A DNA stretch of 64,000 nt. It comes from Ginglymostoma cirratum (lineage: Eukaryota). Shown in pieces: positions 54,501-60,500 of this stretch (position 1 is its first letter; the number at the start of each line of letters is the position of its first letter). The DNA lies in assembly GCA_024137785.1 (NCBI GenBank), contig JAHRHZ010000048.1, forward strand, positions 959,221 through 1,023,220, given 5' to 3'. The notes under the pieces were generated by a model that made no database searches, was not told where the DNA came from, and saw only the letters and a list, made by a program, of their open reading frames with translations. A program made the translations under genes and the position numbers.

Positions 54501-57500
54501 ATCCAACACAGTAAGCATAATGCAAGAGGAAGTACTGGGGAACAGACATCCCCGAAGGTAATAAGTCACCAGGATTGTATCCCAAGTAAATGCTGGAGAA
54601 ACTCAGCAGATCCAGAAGCATCTATAGAAAGACAAAGTCAACATTTTGATTTGGAACAGTTCTAAAGAAAAGTCATCTGGACTCAAAATGAGAACATTGT
54701 TTTTCTCTCCACAGATAGTGCCAGACTGGAAAGTTTCTCCAGCAATTTGTTTTTATTTCAGATTTGCAGCATCCAAACTGTTATGCATTTACTCAATTGT
54801 ATCCAGGCTGTTAAAGGATGCCAGGGAAGAAATAAAGGATGCATCAAGGATCACTGTCCACTTGTCACTGTATACCGATGAAAAACCTGAGGCTATGAGG
54901 TCCATGAACATTGTTTAAGTAGGGTGTGAGGGACAGGCCATATAATTATAGAAAATTAGTCTGACTTTGGTAGTGAGCAAACTAGTTTGATTGATTCTGA
55001 GACACTGCATAAACTCATTTAGAAAGGCACAGATTAATCATGGTTCTGTTAAGGGATGGTGATGCCAAGAGGAAGTGTCAAAGAGGATTGATCAGAATAA
55101 TACAATGGATGTTGCCTACATGGCCTTCATTTAGGTATGTGGTGAACTGGATCCAAAACTGGATTAGTAACAAGAAGGAAAGGGGTAAAGTCAATGGCCT
55201 TGTTTTTGCAAGTGTTAAGCTGTTTATAGTTGTGTTCTACAGGGCTCAGTTCTGGGTCCTATGCTGTTTGGAATTAAACGTGGGAGGCATGATTTGGAAA
55301 TTTGCAGACAACACAAAAATTAGTCACATAGTTGATAGTGAAGGGGATAGCTGACGACTCCAGAATGGCATCAATGGTTTAACCGAGTGGACGGAAAAAC
55401 AGCTAATGAAATTTAAAGGGCACAAATTTAAGGTGATTGGCACAAAGATTAGAGGGATCATGAGGAAAGACCTTTTTCACCCGGAGGTGTTTGGTGTCTG
55501 GGAATTCATTGCCTGGTTCGGTGGTGGAAGCAGAAACCCTCAACTTGTTGAAAAGACCCTGGATAAAGTGTTGTAGAGTTGCAATGGATCTGGTTCTGGA
55601 GAGTTGAATGAGAATGAGCCGCTAGTTTATTTTTCAGCCAGCACAGACATAATGGGCTGAATAGCCTCTTTTATTCCATAAAATTGGCGGTATTGTAGGC
55701 AGTGAAGAAGGTTAATTTAAGATTACAAGGCGATCTTAATCAATTGGGTCAATGGGCTGAGGAGTGGCAAATAGAGTTTAATTTGGATAAATGCGAGGTA
55801 TTGCATTTTCGTAAAACAAACAAGGACAGGATTTATAAAATTAATGGTAGGGCCATGGGCAATGTTGTAGAATAGACAGCACCGGGGCTTAGATAGATAA
55901 TTCTTTGAAATTTGCATCACAGGTGGTTAAAAAGTCATTTAACACACTTGCTGTCTTCACTCAGACCTTTGAGTATAGGAGTTGCAACGTCATGTTGAGG
56001 TCTTACAGGACGTTGGTGAGGTCTCCTCTGGAGTACTGTGTGTAGCTCTGGTCGCCCTGTTATAGGAGGGATATTATTAAATTGGAGAGGGTTCAGAAAA
56101 GATTTACCAGGATGTTGTTGGGACTGGAGGGTTTGAGATATAAAAATACGCTGGGTAGGCCAGGACTATTTTCACCGGAGAGCAGGAGGTTGAGAGGTGA
56201 CCTGATAGAGATTTATAAAATCATGAGGAGCATAGATAAGGTGAACAGACCCTTTTCCCTAGGGTAGGGGAGTTCAAATTGAGACGAGATATTTTTAAAT
56301 TGAGAGGAGGAATTTTTAAGAAGGAGTGAGGGGCAACTATTTTGTTTTAAAACAGAGTGGTTCATGTGTGGAATGAACTGCCAGTGGAAGTGGTGGGTGC
56401 AGGTACAGTTACAACATTTAAAAGACATTTGGATAAGTACATGAATAGAAAAGGTTTGGAGGGATATGGGCCAAACGCAGACAAGTGGGACTAGTTTAGT
56501 TTGGGAACATGGTTGGCATGGACTTATTGGGCCAAAGGGTCTCTTTCCATGCCGTAGGACTCTAGAACTATAGAGTTCTACAGTGCCTGCACTCATGCCC
56601 CATTTGGTCTTGGGTATCTTCTTCAGGGAAGATTCCTTCTTCCATTCCCACACCAGTTTCCACAAACACGGAATTCTTTTGCTACAGCAGTTACTTGACA
56701 GGTTAGCAAATGTTATGACTTCTAATTTGTAACCTTTGTATTTTCTTTTTACCAGAGGATATATTCCATTCACTACTCATTACACATGGCCAATTCTGTG
56801 TGGTTATGTCTTGGAGTCCCCTCATCTTGGAAACATAGGATCCTCAGGCGATATAAGCTATGTGTTGACTTGTAAAGTAACTAAAACTTGCATTTCTGAG
56901 GTGAGAAATGGAGACTGATTGCAGCACCTCAAAGCAAAAAATGGTGGGGGTCAACTTACACGCTGGGTATAACAGTAAACATAAATTTTGACAGAAAATC
57001 CAGTCTGGGGTCCACAGTCCCCAGGTTGTTGGATTGAGATCACTCCAGAGATGTGAATTCTGCATATCCCAGGCAACTCAGCAAAGTCACTTAGGTGAAT
57101 GTTGGGAAATGGGATGGTCTTAATTTTTAGTCTCTCAGGGAATCAAAGAATATGTTAATTACTTAGGAAAGGCTGAGAAGGCCAAGGTCAGCTGTGTTCA
57201 TATTGGATGGTGGAACAGGCTCAAAGGGACATACAGTCCACTCCTGCTCATAGTATTGTCAAACTGAAGGAGTCAGTGCTCAGAAAGGAGAAGGCAGTGA
57301 CCCGAAATGGGAGCAACTAGTGGCCAACAGCAACCTGTTTTTAGTGCAGTCCTTCACTGCTTGGTTTTGTATTAAGTATTTATACTTAACCTGTTCAAGG
57401 TTGGCAGCGGTCTTTGTATTCAGCTGCTTAAACGGTGTGTCATCCTTGATGCTGTTTTCATGCCAAAGCAATTGGATAAATGAACGCAATGCATAAATAC

Positions 57501-60500
57501 TCATTAGGCATCTTATTAGCAGATGCAAAAGTCAATAATTCAAATTGCTGGAAAAACTCAGCATTTCTGGCTGCATCCAAGGACAGAAAGCAGACTTATT
57601 ATTTCTGAACTGCAGTTCTGAAGAGAGGTCACTGGACCCGAAACATTAACTCTGCTTTCGCTCCACAGATGCTGTCAGACCTGCTGAGCTTTGTGCAGCA
57701 ATTTAAAGTTTTTGGCAAAGATCTGTAGCTCGGGTTGTGGGTGAGGTTGTTGACTTGTTCACCGACCTGGCTGGTTTTCATTCAGACGTTTCGTCACCAT
57801 GCTAGGCGACATCATCAGTGCAGCCTCCGATGAAGTGATGTTATTCTATTCCACTTAGATTTTATACTGTCTAGTCCATTATGGTGAGTGACATCATTTC
57901 CATTTTTGATCTGCATGGGTTTATATATGGGGTTCAATTCTTTATGTTAGTTGCTTGTATTACAGGTGCAGAACCATACCTCTTGGGATTTCTGTGTGGG
58001 TCTATGTTTGGTTTGGGCTGCTATGGTTACATTGTCCCAGTTAAACTGATGGCCTTCATTGTCTGAGTTTACTGATATTAAGAAGAGCTTGTCGCGCCGT
58101 TTTGCTGCTAGTTGGTGTTCATGTATTCTGATGGCCAGTTTTCTTCCTGTCTGTCCAATGTAATGTTTGTGGCAGTCGTTGCATGGTATTTTGTAAACCA
58201 CACTGGTTCTGCATGTTGTAGGTAATGGTGTCTTTAATCCTTGTAAGTGTTTGTCATAGAGTGGCTGTGGGCCACCATGATTCCTAGTGGTCTTAGGAGT
58301 CTTGTTGTCAGTTCCGATACGTTCTTGATGTAGAGCAGTGTGGTCAGTGTGTGAGGGGGTCTGTGTCCTCCTGTTGTTGTGTTTAGTAGGCAACTGCGGA
58401 TGAAGTTGCGGGGATATCCGCTAATAGGAACGATTTTGTATAGGTGCTCTTGCTCTTTCCTGCAAAGTTCTGCAGGGTTGCAGTGTGTCCTGGCCCGTTT
58501 AAATAGTGTCTTAATGCAGCTTTATTTGTGGACTGAAAAAAGCAACCCACATTGATCAAATCCTTAACTTCCACAGCAACCACCTCAATGTCCGCAAACA
58601 AAGCTGCATTAAAACACTATTTAAACGGGCATGGACACACTACAACCCTCCAGAACTTTTCAGGAAAGAGCAAGAGCACCTATACAAAATCTGCCTGATT
58701 AGCAGATATCCCCGCAACTTCATCCGCAGATGCCTACTAAACAGACAACAGCAGGAGAACACAGTACGCCCTAACACACTGGCCACACTGCCCTACATCA
58801 AGAACATATCAGAACTGACAAGACTCCTAAGACCACTAGGAATCACGGTGGCCCACAAGCCCACAGCCACTCTATGACAAACACTTCCAAGGATTAAAGT
58901 CCACATTACCTACAACATGCAGAACCAACGTGGTTTACATAATACCAAGCCACAACTGCCCCACACATTACATTGGACAGACAGGAAGGAAACTGTCCAT
59001 CAGAATACACGAACGTCAACTAATGGCAAAACGGCACGACAAACTCTCCTTATTATCAGCACACTCGGACAACAAAGGCCATCAGTTTAACTAGGACAAG
59101 GTAACCATTGTAGCCCAAGCGAAACATAGACGCACACGGGAATTCCTAGAGGCATGGTTTTCCACAAACAATGCAATCAACAAACACTGGACCCCATATA
59201 CAAGCCCATACAGTTCAAAACGGGAAATGACACCATTCATCATAACGGACCAGACAGTATATAATCTAAGCGGAATAGAATAACATCACTTCATCGGAGG
59301 CTGCACTGATGATATCACCTAGCATGGTGACGAAATGTCTGAACAAAAACAAGTCAGCTCGACAAGCTAGTCAACAACCTTTGTCTAACAATTGCTGTTT
59401 TTGCTTCTGATCTCCAGCATTCCGCAGCGCTTTACGTTTTTTTGCAAAGACACTAATGCATGTTTGAAGCACAGATCTTGGAGACCTTTATTGATGCTGC
59501 CTCAAAACATTTGTACACTGCCTAGTATGTTGGACAACTGCAAAACAGGCATCAGCTATTTCAGTAAATATCAGAAATGTTCAGTTTTCAGTTTTTTGGA
59601 CAGCGTGATTTTTGACAATGCAACTGTGTTGGCTATGCAGCTGCAGTTTCTTGCCCATCTTCAATCCCCTTCGCATACACCATCTACATGTCCCTATGAA
59701 AGTGAATTCATGAATTAGTTCACATAGCAGTGCAGAGGAGCAGAGGTACCCCTCCATTCTTCAAAACACATACATTCCTCTACCCCAAGTCAGGAAATGA
59801 GCTACCTCTCTCTCTGTCTCTCTAATCCCCAGAAACTTGAGTGAGCTGGCACAGTTTGTGGTTCATTGATTTTCTGTAATTGGATGTGTTACAGCCTTTC
59901 TGCAGTCCCTCACTGACCTCTGTAGGCAGAGCAATAACAATGCAGAACTATCCAAAATGCATCAAAAACAAGACGAACGAATTAACATATTTTTTTTTTT
60001 TTTTTACAGCCGATTTAATTAGAATCCCCACTGATCAACGTGTCAAAGTTCATCATCCATTCATGGTCTAGTTACCAGCTGCCAACTGCTGATCAGAAAA
60101 CGCAGCAGTAAAATAGACAACTGGCAAAAAAAAATTAGTTAGTGCTAGATAGAAACTTTTACTCACTGTTTGTCTGTCTGAAACTTCATACTGACTACTT
60201 GGTTCTGTAAACTGTTTTCTCAGCAACCGGTTGCTGAGTTCTGGGTGATCCAGTAAAACATAGGATGAGAAACAGGCTCCATTATCCAGAAGAAACCCCG
60301 CAATCTCCTCATTGCCTGCAACAGAGAGAAGCTCTCTCCAATAAAATAGCTATCATTAAACATACAAACTAACAGGTCAGATGAAAAAGTCTGGAAATAA
60401 ACAAAGAAAGAGATAGAACAGCAACTGGAAATATTTAAAATCAAGAGCGTTTAGGAGAAATATGTTCTGCACAAATACAAGAACACACTAGCCAATAGTG

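Larger units (their letters stand above)
57704..59380. mobile_element. Penelope-like element as a long inverted repeat (two divergent GIY-YIG/3'-end copies)
   Basis: Minus ORF 57947..58393 [29 protein letters not shown]; 58595-59380 is the reverse complement of ~57745-58532. Confidence 0.92.

Noticed and set aside
54660-54695. Further hammerhead-like remnants (also ~63604-63635)
   Set aside because: The core is destroyed (CTAAAGA/CAAAA, TCGAAGA), so they were not counted as ribozymes.
56213-56773. 186-aa ORF on the - strand
   Set aside because: It is the antisense reading of a CR1 3' end.
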